Origin: Leucoraja erinacea
Taxonomy: Eukaryota
Length of the DNA: 64,000 nucleotides
NCBI RefSeq assembly: GCF_028641065.1
Contig: NC_073383.1
Span: 45,136,001 to 45,200,000, forward strand
Direction: 5' to 3'
The notes below the pieces were generated by a model. The model made no database searches. It had not been told where the DNA came from and was given only the letters and a program-made list of their open reading frames with translations. Positions 11,486-25,327 of this stretch are shown here, one piece after another; position 1 is the stretch's first letter, and each line of letters opens with the position of its first letter. A program made the position numbers and the translations under genes.

Positions 11486-14149
11486 TAAATAATCCTGAAG
11501 TAATAACTAATCCTTTGTATCATTCTCTGAAGTGGGAATTGAAAGTGCTATTGATTGGTCGATTAAGAAATGCAAAATTCAGCTGTGAGAAGATTTGTGA
11601 AGGTCATATGCGTCTAACAATTTTTGCTCATCTACTGGTCTACCTTGAAGCATTAACAGAAAATTGAAGTGTTTGCCCAGTTCTTAAATTTAACTTTGTG
11701 AATACAGCAGTCAAAATCAGTCAAATATGGGTGGGAAACCAGCTAAATTCCTTTCAAAGGCAAAAGTGAGGCAAGTTTGACTGTTACTGTCAACGTCATT
11801 CATTGCTGAGGACTTTGAAGGGTGTGCATCAATGTTACGATTACGTCTCTCTTAAAGAATGGTGGTGCATCATTTTTGTGCATGACCTTGTTTTCCAAAT
11901 GGGCTCACCTACACCTACAGGGACCACAGCTCCCAATCTTAAACACCTGACCACAGCCTGGGTTTATGCTGAAGCTTTAATGTAGTAAGACATCTTAAGG
12001 ATGACTCTTCTAAGTAGTTCATCTATCCAAAATGAGCTCAATAAAGGTGTTTGACAATGCAAGACCTCAAAACTGATGATTTATCTACAAAACTACAAAA
12101 CAGGGGGGCAGTCTTTTAAAATTGAGATATGTAGAAAGTTCTTCTCTCAGATGGAAGTGAATCTCTGGAATTCTCTGCTCCCGAGGGTGGTGGAGGGTGG
12201 ATCACAGATATATTTTAGGGAGAGGTAGATATATATTTGAAAGCTCGAAGCATTGGCGGTTATGGAACTGGCACAGAAAAGGAGTTGAGGCTGGCATAGA
12301 TTAGGCATGATCGTGAAGAATGGTGGGGCAGGCTTGAGGGGCCAAGGTGGTTTATTCCTGCTCCCATTTTCTTGTGTCTTGCACCATTGACATTAGCCAA
12401 GTTCACTCTGGGACTTTGGGAAAGAAAGTCTGGAGTCAGTAGGATTCAAAACATCGAACTTCACCCCTGAACCCAAGCGAACCAGACCATCAAATAAATT
12501 CCTGACTAGGGGAGATATGAAAATTATATGGAATTTCAAATAGATATTTTAATATTTCAGGAAGAAGAAACTACATTCCATTGTGCTCCAGGCATATCAA
12601 AACAGGGTTACAAGCCAGAACAAGAATGGGAAAGTTTTTCGATGCTTTACCTGTTTCAACCATCAGTTCTTTCGTTGTTGATGTTATAGAGATTTGTCAG
12701 TATTCAATAGAAATAAACATTTGGTAGGTAAGCCGCTGAGAATATCTGCCCCAGTAGATGGCGTTAAGATACAGATCAGAAACTGATCCTGTTCCAATAA
12801 GCTGCTAAGGTGTTTGTAAGTGGCAGGAAAGGAACCGGGAATACAGAAGAGTTTGAAATCGGTGTAAATCATTAATCACAATCAACCTGCTCTAGACAGG
12901 ATGATGGTTAAGCAATCAAATCAATCACCAAATCTCAGGGAAGAAATTAAGTTAAATGCCACTTAACATTTCGATAGGTAAATAATACATGTATTGACAT
13001 ATTGCAACAATTTGACAAGAGGACACTTATATTTACAAGATTAACTTTTAACAGTTGATCCCTTATTAAGACAATGCAGATTTTGAAGATCAATTTAGGG
13101 CACATTTGGTATAAATACTGCCTCTTAGTTCAACCGTGACTTCTGGCGCTGTCTCTGTGGAGTTTACATGTTCGCCCCACAAGTGCAATGGTTTCTTCTG
13201 AGTGCACTGGTTTCGTCCCACATCCCAAAGCTTTGTGAGTTGGGAAGAATGTGCACCTATCGAGTCTGTGCCCTAACGTGCCAACCCAGCAACCATCCGT
13301 TTAAGCCAGTCCTGCGTGAATCCCCTTTTTTATTCACCCCACATGCTCAACAACTCCCATCAGATTCAACCACTCACGCACACTCTAGAGCGGTCAACTT
13401 ACAGCGACCGATTAGTCTACCAACCTGAACATCTTTAAGATGTAAAAGGAAACCAGAGTAACTGAAATAAACTCACGTGGTTCCCAAGGAATTCCTGCAC
13501 TCCCGCAAACTCGCCAGTGTCCCAGTTTCCACACTTTCTTTCGCTCATCGGTGCCCCACTTCCTGCACTCCCTCCCGTTCACTCATCAATGTCCAAGATA
13601 CCACATTCCCCTTTGCTCACCCATGCCCCAGATACCACACTCCCATTCACACTCTGGTGCTCCAGTTGCCATGCTTACTTCCCAATCAATTGTATCTGTC
13701 TTTCAGAATCCCTTGAAATTGATCGTGATCTTGTTTCCCGCATTTTATTCACTCACTGGGTCTACTGGAACATTTATCATTCTGCTGTGTCATTCCAAAA
13801 AAATTAAATTAAATGTGCCTGGGAATGATTGATATGAATGACACCCGATAGCCTGGAAAATCTGCTTGCCCAGCAGCACCAGTGTATGTCAGATTAATAA
13901 AGTTATACTGTGTCTGCCAATGTTTGTGGAAAACTGATAGAAACCAATTGGCTGCTGCATTTCCTCATGAGAAACAGTGACCACATTTCTGCGGCATTGT
14001 TTTGATTAGCTGCAGTTCGCATGTGTAAGGAGTTATCTGGGGCATATCATTTCCACTCGTCCTTGCTGAGAGTGTATGTAGACCAGCTTCTTTATTGGGG
14101 TGATGAGGGCTGGGGGCCTCTTCATGGAACTTGATGGCTTTAACACTCA

Positions 14150-14603
14150 TAGTGTCATACAGCACAGAAACAGGACCTTTAGCCGAAGCACTCATTCATG
14201 CCGACCAAGATGCCCATCCACATTAGTCCCAGTTGCCTGTGTTTGATCAAGATATGTTTTAACCTTTCCTATCCATGTACTTGTTCAAATGTCTCTTAAA
14301 TATTGTTACGGTACCTGCCTCAACTGCTTCCTCTGGCAGTTCAGTCTATGTATGTAGCGCCGCAGAATTTTTCCCCCTTTTCCCCCCCCCCCCCATCTCC
14401 CTTCTGTTTTTGATTTTTCTGTTTCTTGTTTTTTGTGCTAAATTGTATGTATGCACTGAGTACGAGCAGCTTTCAGTTTCACTGTACATGTATAGTGACA
14501 ATAAATGGCATATCTATATCTATATCTGTACATACCATCCACTGTGTGAAAAAATTGCCCCTCTGGTTCCTATTATATTTTTCCCCTCTCACCTTAAACC
14601 TAT
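14150..14603 (-). mobile_element. CR1 3' remnant interrupted by a short Rex-like 3' tail (about 14345-14530)
   Basis: CR1 tail motifs (cctttcctatccatgtac, cctgcctcaactgcttcctctggcag, ctctcaccttaaaccta) split by an insert ending gtgacaataaatggca(tatcta)n. Confidence 0.65.
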
Positions 14604-14620
14604 TTGTTTCTTCTTTTAAG

Positions 14621-14850
14621 GAGACAACCACAACATTGACAGTGTTATTTACAAGTGGAATCCCAAGTCACACCTATTTGAAAGAAACCAGACGATTCCC
14701 ACTTCAGGAGCCTACGACTGGGAGTTCTTTACCATCGGACCATATTCCTTCCTAGTTGTGGCGAACACCTTCAATGGGACCTCAACCCGGATCTACTCAC
14801 GAATTTACATCCAACTGGATGGAATGTTCCGACTTTTCCAATCAATGCCT
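14621..14850 (+). CDS. TSPEAR: TSPEAR coding exon (EAR repeat)
   Basis: (G)[76 protein letters not shown]; acceptor ttcttttaag, donor gtaagt. Confidence 0.95.
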
Positions 14851-16224
14851 GTAAGTGCCCCATTCCTCTCTACCTTAAACAAGGCGCATATATTCAGTGT
14901 CAAAAGACAGGCGTACTTCACATTTCTCTGCCGGAATAGCAGAGGTGGTGGTCACCTTACTATAGACAGGGTGCAATTATGTCAGAAGGGGGCAGAAATA
15001 TTCACAGGACTATTGGTGGGACTGACGGACTGAGTTATGAGTAGAGTCTGAATACCTGGGACTGTTTTCCCTGGAACACAAAAATCATGAAGGGTGTAAA
15101 GACGGTGTATTGCCACAATCGTTTTCCCAGGGGAGGGAAATCTAAAACTAGCAGATATAGGTATATGGTGAGAACAGAAAGTTTTAAAATGGACTATTAT
15201 TTCACGCAGAACATGAAATGGAACATGGGTACACGGAATAAGCCGTCAGAGGAAGCTGTAGGGACAGGTACTGCTGCAATGTTTAAAATATATTTGGACA
15301 TGTTCAGAGACAGGAAAGGTTTAACGAGATATGCAGGCAAATTGGACTAGCTCAGGAAGGAACTTTGGCCGACATGGATGAGTTAGGCCAAATGGCTCGT
15401 TTCTGTGCTCCATGGCTTTATGGCCCTGTGGTCAGATCTGGAGGAGACCATTCATCTATCCCACCAATCAATAATACCTTGGCTGATCTGAACCTTAACT
15501 TTGTCTATTACTCGGGAGTATCTGAAAGAGAGTCACAAGAAGTAGATTACATTATAAAATGGGGGCCATGATTCTTATAATGTCAGCAAGTACAACAGTC
15601 ATAGGGGGATACCTCAGAGATTAAAAATCCATTCATGCACCTTCAATGGCATTGGGTGAGGACCAAATGCCAGTCAGGTCACTGTGAGACATCCCACCCC
15701 TTTTTATGTTGGTGATACGGGTATAAATAAATAATATTTATACTCATTAAAACAAATAAAGCAGGTAGGCAGGTCTGTTGTCTCAAATAGAGCATATAAT
15801 CTCTGACAAATCAACACTGCCGATCAGATGCAGAGTGGATTACTGTCACCTTATTATGGGCAACCATTAGTCATGAATAACCAGGGACTCTGCTCAGTTA
15901 TGTAATGCTGAATGAATAAGGGGTCCTTGGAATTGTGCTGATAGCCTTGATCACTCCAACTGTGATGCCACTTTCAAGAAACTCCATACCTGCACTACTA
16001 GATTCCTCTGCTCTACAACATTCTGCCTGGTCATTCACTGTGTAGGTCCAGCCCTAGTTTAACATCCCAAAATACAACACCTCACACTTACCTGCATTAA
16101 ACCATTAACCATTCCTCAGCCCACTTGGTCAAGATTCTGCTGTAATTTTTGAAAATCATCTTCCCTATCTACAATACCACCCACTTTAGTTTAGTCTGCA
16201 AACGCACATATCATGCTTTCTAAA

Positions 16225-16577
16225 TTCTCATCCATAGTATTTAAATATCATACGTACTGACAATGGAATTAATACTTCAAACTTGCAGCAGCATAACAGT
16301 CCGGTAAATACAAATCTCATAGATAACATATAAGAAAAAAACAATAAATTAATAAACCCAGTATTAGTGCAAAAAGCCCAAAGTCCCTTAAGTGCAACCA
16401 TGACTGTCCATAGTTAGTTTTTTGTAGTGTTCAAGAGTTTGATGGATGTTCGGAAGAAGTTATTATTGAACCTATACCTTCTTCCCAATGGTAGGAGCTA
16501 AATGAGAGTGTGTCCTGGGTGGAATGGGTCTTTGATGATGCTGGCTGCCTTTTTGAGGCAGTGTCTCTAATAGATGT
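16225..16577 (-). mobile_element. Rex/Babar-like LINE 3' remnant
   Basis: Minus-strand ASIIKDPFHPGHTL-like remnant typical of the Rex RT C-terminal region. Confidence 0.6.
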
Positions 16578-16605
16578 AGAGAAATAAGCCTTTCTTTTCT
16601 TACAG

Positions 16606-16793
16606 ACATATGGTGCTACAGACTGGGAGATTTTCCGTGTTGAAGGACGAATCTTCCTCGCAGTTGCCAACAGTCAGAGCTATCAGACAGGGGCATCAAA
16701 CGGAATCAACTCCTTCAACATCAATTCCACCATCTATGAACTTAACATCACCGCCCAGATGTTTGTCAAGTTTCAGGACATCCCGACATACAG
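16606..16793 (+). CDS. TSPEAR: TSPEAR coding exon (EAR repeat)
   Basis: [62 protein letters not shown](S); acceptor tcttacag, donor gtatgt. Confidence 0.95.
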
Positions 16794-19259
16794 GTATGTT
16801 ATTTAGATGTTGATCAGACTAGCTATTATCTCCTCTTCCTTCAATGACCAGTTGCTGATTTGTGATCTTGTAAACAGCAGAGATAAGGAGCAGTGAGTTT
16901 GCTTCTGTGACTCTGGTTGAAGGAGATACCTTGATTAGAGAGAACACTATAGTGGGATGTTTTACATTTATCCAAGCCAGCAAATGGTACCTATCTTTAA
17001 CATCATGTTGGCATGATCCTATTGAATGGCAGAACAGGTTTATGGGGCCGAAAGGCCTGCTCCTGTTCCAACATGCAGTGTGCAGGCCTCCAGAGATAGC
17101 AGCAGGGTAAATTTGCCTTGCCTTTTGGCGAGAGCCTGAGCACTGCTCCGCCACCCTGCCTGACCACCATTACACTGCATTTTCCTAACCTATCTCAGCA
17201 CTGAACTCTCTTAATGGAACAGTGGTGTAGTGGGTAGAGCCATTGCTTTGCGACACTAGAGAATCAGGTTCAATCCCAGGGCTGCCAACGCATTTGACAA
17301 AATTCTCATGCTCTCGCCCTGATCACAAATTTCTCACGCTCAAAAATCTGCAGGTGCTGGAAGTTCAAAATAAAGCAAAAAATGTTTTAGAGGTGAGTAA
17401 AAACAATGAGGTGAATATATAAGGTGAAAGGATAGTGGGAGCGTTGGAGACGCGGGGAAGAATCTCGGGCTAAGGCTCCGCACCGATGCCTGACCCCCGG
17501 GTCACCGACCCTCACCACCCCCATACACCAGCTGGACAAGGAGCACTTGGGCCGGCCCACACCTCCCACTCACACACACACTGGCACACACAATGTTTAA
17601 AGGGATACGGGCCAAATGTGGATAAATGGGACTAGTTTACATGGGGTATCTTGATCTGCGTGTACAAGTTGGGATGAAGGGCCTGTTTCCATGCTGTAAG
17701 ACTATGACACATTGTAGAAAGGGTGCAATTGCTCTGGAGAGGATCCAGGGGCGATTTATGAAGATGTTGGCAGGGCTGGAATTTTTTTTTCACTTTGAAG
17801 AAATATTTGATAACTGGGATTGTATTCTCTGCAGCAACGGAGTATGAGAATAGGACCTGTTTCGCTTAACAAAGAATGTAGGAAGGAACTGCACATGCTG
17901 GTTTAAACTGAAGATAAACACTATAAACTAGAAAAATTCAGCAGGACAGGCAGCATCTCTGGAGAGAAAGAATGGGTGATGTGTGTTCTGTATAATGTCT
18001 TCTGTATATTGTTTCAAATTTAATTCCCTTTTGAAAGCCAAATTTTAACCTTTGTCTACCTTTCAGAAAGCACATTCCATGTCAAAATGATTAATTGTGC
18101 AATAACTGTATCGCATAATCTCCCAGGCAAGGTAATGTTCCAAGTTGCTGTCAGAAAGTGTTTCAGAAAGAGTTGCTGTCAGACCTCAGTGCTCAGGAAC
18201 TGCACTAGCCACCAAACCAGGACTTAGCTTTGTGTGCAGCAGAGCCACCTGGTGACTGAGTTTGCAGTTCTTTCTCGCATATCTCAGTTTATATTACCTG
18301 GAAATTCAAATGGTGCATTTAAAAATATATTTCTAGTGCTTCAGATTTGAACATTGTGTTTTTTTTCTCAGAGTAAAATACAGGCAGAATTACATTACGC
18401 CAAAATTTCAACCTGGCATTTGCAGTCACCAAATGTGCTTCCAATATCCATGTATTTTCTGCATCAGACACAATGACGTTTCCTGATGCAATCTCCGTTT
18501 TCCTGTTTATCAGTTTATCAGTTTTCACTTTATCAGTTTCCACCAATGACACTCTTTTGTCTTCTCCACTTACCACTTCCAGCCTTGGTTACTCTCTGCA
18601 CCCTTCTCTCCCCCATCTGACTCAGCCACTCCTTACCTGGAACCAACCATCATTTGCCATCTCTTGCTCTAACCCTTCCCCTCACCTCATTCTGACATTT
18701 ATCTTCATTCTACTTCATTAGTCTGAAGAAGAATCCTGACCCAAAACATTTTCTGTCCAATTCCCTCTGCAGATAATGTATGAGGCGCTGTTGGTCCACC
18801 CATTTGTTTTTTTTGCTCAAAAATCCAGTATTGCAGTCTCTAGTTTCTAGAGTTGACGCCCATACAACGTTTAATCAGGATACTTGGTTCTGTAGTGTGC
18901 TACAGCCCAGGCGTAAGTAATGCTGCATTCTCTAATCTAGAGGGACTTCCCTGAACAAGACCCAGACCAGATCCGGGAGTTGGACTGAGGAAGTTCCCTC
19001 ATATCTCTTCTTCCTTCTAGACCATCTCCCCTACCCTCAAACCACAAAGCCAACCTCTGCCCAAACGCGCCACGCTACCATAATATCAGCCACCTCTTGT
19101 CATTGATCCTACAATCCCCCTGAAGCTCTGGTTCCCTCAGAGAAGTTGGGGAAATTGGATTGATGGGTGTGCTCTGCAGAGCAGCATAGACTTGATGGGC
19201 TGAATAGCCTCCAGTGTTGTGGGAAAATGTGAGAAATCCCCCAATTTAACTTCCAACTT

Positions 19260-20060
19260 TGCCCTGATTTGCATTTTTGCCTCGAGCCTTTGTCCAACCA
19301 TTTGACATGCACAATATAGGTAAGATCCTGGAGAGTGTTGTAGAGCAGAGAGACCTAGTGTACAGGTGCACAGTTCCCTGAAAATGGTGACATAGGTTAA
19401 AAAAAGGTGGTGAAGATGTTTGGCATGCTTGCCTTCTTTAGGGAGGATATTGAGCATATAAGGTGGGATGTTGTGTTTCATCTGTACATGACGTTGGTGA
19501 GACCACATTTGGAGTATTGTATGCAGTTCTGGTCACCCTACTGGAGGAAATGTGTCATTAAGCTGTAAAAACAGTGCAGAAAATATTTATCAAGATGTGA
19601 CCAGGACACAGGGAGTTGAGATTGGGATAAGCTCACCACCTCCAGTTTAAATTCCATTTGGAATATTTTGGAGGACCAAGAAACCAAGAAGAACCAGGAA
19701 GTAGGCTGGGATGTTTTTCACTCGAGCTTTGGAGGCTGAGGTATATAAAATCATAAAATGCGTGGATAAGGTGAATGGTCACAGTCTTTTTTTACCAGGG
19801 TAAGGTCCAGAACCCGAAGGCATTTAAGGTGAAAGGGGAAAGATTTAAAAGTGGCCCAAGGGGCAATTTCTTCATGTAAAGGGTGATGCCTACATGGAAT
19901 GAGCTGCCAGAGGAAGTTGTAGAAGTAGGTACAATGATATTATTTAAATACACTTAGACACTACATGGATAGGAAAGGTTTAGAGAGATATGAAATGCAG
20001 GCAAATGGGACTGGTTCAAGTAAAAAACCTGGTATGGAGGAGTTCAGCTGAAGACCCGTA
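19260..20060 (+). mobile_element. Degenerate CR1 3' portion
   Basis: gagaccacatttggagtattgtatgcagttctggtcacc (RPHLEYCMQFWSP) and CR1 3' UTR motifs. Confidence 0.75.
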
Positions 20061-20466
20061 TTATGCCCACTGCCAATGACCTTATGCCCACTGCCAATGA
20101 CTGTGACCTTCATTGAGGAAATGCCTCCTGACTTCGCCTCTGAATGTTCTCAGCTCTACATTAAGGTTACATTTTGTTTTGGGCTGTTCTGACAGATGAG
20201 GTGGTTCCACTCTGCCAGACCCACCACAGCTTAAACTATTACTGTCAACAGAACAGAAGCCTGAGTGTGAATGGGATCTGGGTTTGAAGCCAGTGCATAA
20301 ATGGAGGCTTAAATATGAATGGGGCCTGAGTATAAGTGGATCTCAAAGTGTGATTGCAACATGAAAATGAAGCATCCTGAAAGAACCAGGGATGAATGGC
20401 ACATGATGAATGACAGGGAGTAGGGTCTGGACCACAGGCTCATCACCTCTCATCTTTGTGTTACAG

Positions 20467-20568
20467 TGCAGTTGACTGGGAGTTCTTCACAGTGGGCGAT
20501 GACAGCTTCCTGGTTGTGGCAAACTCATTTGATGGCTCCAAGTTTTTTTTAAACAGTGTTATATACAG
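20467..20568 (+). CDS. TSPEAR: TSPEAR coding exon (EAR repeat)
   Basis: (S)[33 protein letters not shown](R); acceptor ttacag, donor gtgagc; phase 2-2. Confidence 0.95.
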
Positions 20569-21098
20569 GTGAGCACATCTGTCAAGAGAAGGTTGGATGT
20601 GAACGTACTCACAGCAACTCCTGTTCACACCCTCTGTGCACTCCGAACTACATTGGCTCTCATCCTGACAGCAGATTGACTTTTAAATCCTTCTTCCTAT
20701 ATTCCCAAACTTCTGAATGGTCTCCTCTTCTCCCCATCCAGCCCATAAAAACATGTGTAATCTCCACATTTTTCAATTGCTCATCACTGACTTCAAATCA
20801 CCCTGTCACTGGCTGCTATCCCACAGCCACTGAAGCCAGATGTTCTTGCAAAATGTCTCTGATGCTCAATCTCTCTTTCCTCCTCTTAAGATGCTGCTTT
20901 AAACCGACTGCTTAACTTATTTCTAATATCTTCTTATGTGGCTCTAGGTCACATTTTGGTTGCTAAAACTCCTGTGCAGTGCCTTGGAATATTATTTTGT
21001 TACACAAACTCAAAAATTAAGCTCTCTCTCTTAAACTGTCTTAAACTACACTCCAAAGAAAAAATGGATGTTGTTTCAGAGATTTAATTTTCTTGCAG

Positions 21099-21252
21099 GT
21101 GGCAGGGTTTTGAAAGTTTTGTTCCGGTCCATCATCTCCCAACGTATGGCTGTACAGACTGGGAACAGTTCAACACAGACGAAGGTTCATATCTCATCTA
21201 TTCTAGTGCGAAGGAACGGATTTCTAAGGTGCTTAAACTGAAGGTCTATTGA
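21099..21252 (+). CDS. TSPEAR: TSPEAR terminal coding exon with stop codon
   Basis: (R)[50 protein letters not shown], matching the TSPEAR C-terminus; acceptor tcttgcag, TGA at 21250-21252. Confidence 0.95.
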
Positions 21253-21977
21253 CCCAAGAATTAACGTGGCCAAAGCTTCACAGATCAAGATGGAATGGAA
21301 AACTCGTGAACATGAGGACCAATCACTCCAGGGATTTTATAGTGGAACTAATTTACCTCCGTGAACCAGGTTTTATGTCAAGAAAGACAATCCTGCATTT
21401 TTGTGCGCATTGGGTACCTTGTTTGGTAGTGTTATAGAACTATCGTAAGAGGAGAGAGAGAGTATGCTGGAGAAAATCTGGGTCTGGAAGCTATTCTACG
21501 GTCAAGGATGCAGGAGTTTCAAATAACTTTCTTTTACAAATGTGTTACTTTGTTTACTTCCCATGTGACCACATATCAGTGTCAGGAAAAACTGGCTGAT
21601 TGCAGACTTACCTTTCGATGAAAGAAGGTCGACATAGATCAATCATTTCAGAGAATCTTCCTGGACGGAAAAAGTATTTCTTCTAAGAGCATTCTCCATT
21701 TTTTTTAAAATGTTTTGCACATGTCCTCCCCAACACAGTGTTGACGCACCGGCGAGCACTAATAGGTTGGATTTGGAGGGAATAGGGGAGCCGGACTCCC
21801 CAGTGCCATTGATTCAGCTCTCCATAAAATGCATCAAGCTACTCTCCGCCAAGCAGAGCTGCTTTGCTGAGGTTGCTTTATTTAAGATCTCATATACGAT
21901 GGATAAAGGTTGTCAAGGGAGTCCCATCACCAACAATCAATGATAAATGTCTCAACTTTCATTTATAGCAAGTCCAA

Positions 21978-21983
21978 AATAAA
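21978..21983 (+). terminator. Candidate TSPEAR polyadenylation signal AATAAA
   Basis: First AATAAA noticed after the stop codon; alternatives at 24351 and 27074. No transcript evidence. Confidence 0.35.
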
Positions 21984-24369
21984 GGTACATCTTGAAAGCA
22001 AAAATTAGTTCATTCGGAAGGTGAGGAGCCCAGATTGGCGTCTCTCACTACAAGAGTTCATTGTGGATGACACTGGAAGGACAATGGGAGAGGCAACATA
22101 CCCACTACCTTTGAATCTCAATAGTGTTTACAATGTATGGAACTGAAGAAACCTCTGCCATTCCTAAGCATCGCCTTGCGGCCTGTTTGCTATATCATTG
22201 GAGCTATTCTTCCAAAGGAGAGACTGGATGTGGACTGACACTTAAAACTGTAATTTGGTTGGAATTCTAATCAGTTTCTAGGATTGCACTGGAGAATTAT
22301 ACAACACAGAACATCAAAAGACTGTTTCAAGTTCTAGCCCAGGTGCAGCTCGCAGATCAGTTATTTGATTCAATCTAGTGATAATGATATGGGTGAAAGT
22401 GGAACCCAGTTTTTACATGGAATTGCAGAATGCACCAAAGACAAGTCTCCTCAAAATGCCTTGACATGGAGAAATTATACCTTTTCTCTTTCAACTTCAA
22501 ATGGTATGAATGAGGAATGATTCGTTTATTTTGAATTTGTGCCTGAACTTCCATTTCTTTTAGAGCAAACTGGTGTACTGTGAAGCTCCATGATCTTGCA
22601 GCCTGCCTCTCGTCATGTGGTCCCTTCACTAGAGATGATTATTTATCAAAATAGGATCGACCCTCATTTTTTTTAAATTGTTAAATGTTCAAAATGATAT
22701 CTGACACAGAAATATGTGCAAACTCTCCAGTGTGGTGCTTTTGTAATCTGGACTCTGCTCATGATGTGAAACTTCCTAGAAATGTTTGGATGATTGAGGA
22801 AATAGATTGATTTTAACCTTTCTTATATATACATAGCATTTATCTAAGAAGGTTGTGTTCTTATTCCTGGACCCCTAAATGAGAGCGAAGCAACTACAGA
22901 CATGAATATTTTAACTGCCTTTAAATTGCCTGATCACAACTTTTTATCCCTAAAATTTGTAAACTATTTTTTTATGTACTGTTGCTTGCATCTTCACATT
23001 CTAACCTTGGTGTGAACTATGAAGTGGTGGAATGATGTGCAGGTTATTTACTGGTCAGATGAGGTGGCAAAGTCGCAGTTAACTGTTCCACTGCTTAGGG
23101 AAGAGTGTGGTGGGAAGACGTGGTCCAGTGAGCAGTCTGGCTGTCAGAGTGGTGGGAGAACATTTGTTAACATGGTAGTGTACGCAACAGCGCGTTGAAT
23201 AGCTTCACCCATTGGCACACAAGCTTTCAACTGGACTGCATCCAAGATCTGAGACTCGGTCTCCTGAATCTGACTTGGCAATGGGACCACAGAGCTCCTG
23301 ATGTGGGCAGCCAGTGTTCCTTCTCCTTATCAGTACTGGTTGAAGTTAAGTAGAGGTATCTGGAGATAAACCAAGAAGCATGGAATGTTAAAGTAGATTC
23401 AGGTCATCCCCAGGTTATGGCAGTGTTCCATTCCTGAGGACTGCTCATAACCCAACAGATTGTAAGGAAACAGGGCCTTGGCTGAGTTCCCATGATGTAG
23501 AAGATGCCTGCATCCTTGCAGCAGCTGGTAAATCCATCCCACAGGTCTTCCAAACACTTTCTTGTGTATGTTATGTACATGGAGGTCCTGTAGAATCATA
23601 GAAACCTACAGCATGGAAACAGGCCCTTCAGGTCAACGTCCATACCAACCAAGATGCCCCATCAATGATAGTTCCACATGTTGCATTTGGCTCATATCTG
23701 TCTAAACCTTTCCTATCCATGCACCTATCCAAATGTATTTTAAATGTTGTTATAGTACCTGCCTCAACTAACTCCTCTGGCAACTTGCTCCATATTCCCA
23801 CTAATACACCTACTAACTCCTATGTGAAAATGTAGTCTGATAGTTTCTCAGCCCCCAACCTGACATAAGGCGTGTACCTAATCAATGCGTGTCAGAGATG
23901 ATTCCACAATTGTGGGATTTGTTCCTGAGGATATTTTACTTCAGGACTATTCTATTTGTAGCAGGCCCTCTTGAGGAGCTTCAAGGTGAACATTAACCAT
24001 TCAAAGGCACAGTTTACACCTTGACCATTCCTTGCTTTGAGGTATTGCAGGGGGAGTCTTCTTTCACCGGTGGTAAAACCCTCTGATGCCTCACATTGTA
24101 AGGAGTGCTGTTGGTAACCTGGCAGCAATGGCATAATAACGATCAGACCTCAAGTTTCTTGACTTAGTTACAGAGCGCAATGTTTAATTTTAAAATATAG
24201 TTGCTGTTGTGCATGGTGGGCCAGACGAGACACGTTCCACGGAAAGTGTGGAGACTCCTCTTGCTTGGATGCTGGCTCATATCCATTAACATCATTCAAT
24301 ACAGGAACAGGCTGAAATAATAAGATACTTTGATTCCTTGCTCAGAGTACAATAAACCCACTCTTGAAA

Positions 24370-24930
24370 ACTTTCAAACACTGGTTAGGCCAAGCTTGGA
24401 GAATTAGGCAGTTTTGGTCACGACAACATGGGAAAGACATGGTTGTACTGGAGAGGGTTCAGGGGAGATTCACCAGGATGTTGCCTGGATCGGAGGGGGG
24501 CAGTTATGGGAAGGGATTGGATATGCCAGGTTTCTTTTCCCTGGAGCAAAGAATGCAGAGGACTGACCTGGTAGAAAAATACAAAATTATGAGTGCCATA
24601 TACAGGGTAGATAGGCAGAATCTATATTCCCATGGGCAGGGGTATGTAAAATAGAATTGCATAGATTTAAGGTGCAAGAAAGGAGATTTAAAAAGGGTTT
24701 GAGGGGAAGGTTTTTTATGCAGTGGTTGATATATGGAATTCATTGCCAAAGGAGGTGGTGGAACCAGATACACTCATTGCATTGAAGAGATATTTAGATG
24801 GGCACTTGAATGTGCAAGGATATATTGTTGGCAAATGGGATTAAAGTAGATGGACAAAAGGTCAGCATGGACGTGGTGGGTGGAAGGCCCCTTTTATGTG
24901 CTGTACAACTGTATGACTTGAGACTCTGTA
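24370..24930 (+). mobile_element. Degenerate CR1 3' end
   Basis: LERVQGRFTRMLPG motif and CR1 3' UTR. Confidence 0.75.
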
Positions 24931-25327
24931 AAATTAAGGCACCGCTAGACTCCCTCAACCGCTGTTGTACTTGCAATGAATGAACTCCTACCATCTGCTG
25001 CTAGACCATCCCAGGACATTGATCCAATAACAAAGGTGAATTTGGTGATAAACCTTCAAGTCAGGATAGACTGTCTGAAGAAGGGTCCTGACCTGAAACA
25101 ACATCTATCCATTCCTTCCACAGATACTGCTTGACCCATTGATTTACTTCAGAATTTTGTGTTTTACTTCTTCCAAAGAGTTCATTTATATGTTGCCTTC
25201 TCCAGCAGCATCATATCTAGCATTGGGCACTCACTGATCTTGCTGCATATAACCATATACATTTAAAACAGGCTATTTCCTAGGTTAAGAATACCTGTCT
25301 TTTACGGACGCTCATAAAAATGATTGA

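Noticed and set aside
20061-20101. 21-bp tandem duplication TTATGCCCACTGCCAATGAC(C)
   Set aside because: Isolated slippage duplication beside a CR1 tail; no further structure.
23399-23599. Minus-strand ORF/exon candidate downstream of TSPEAR
   Set aside because: No recognisable domain; the apparent acceptor coincides with a CR1 tail boundary.
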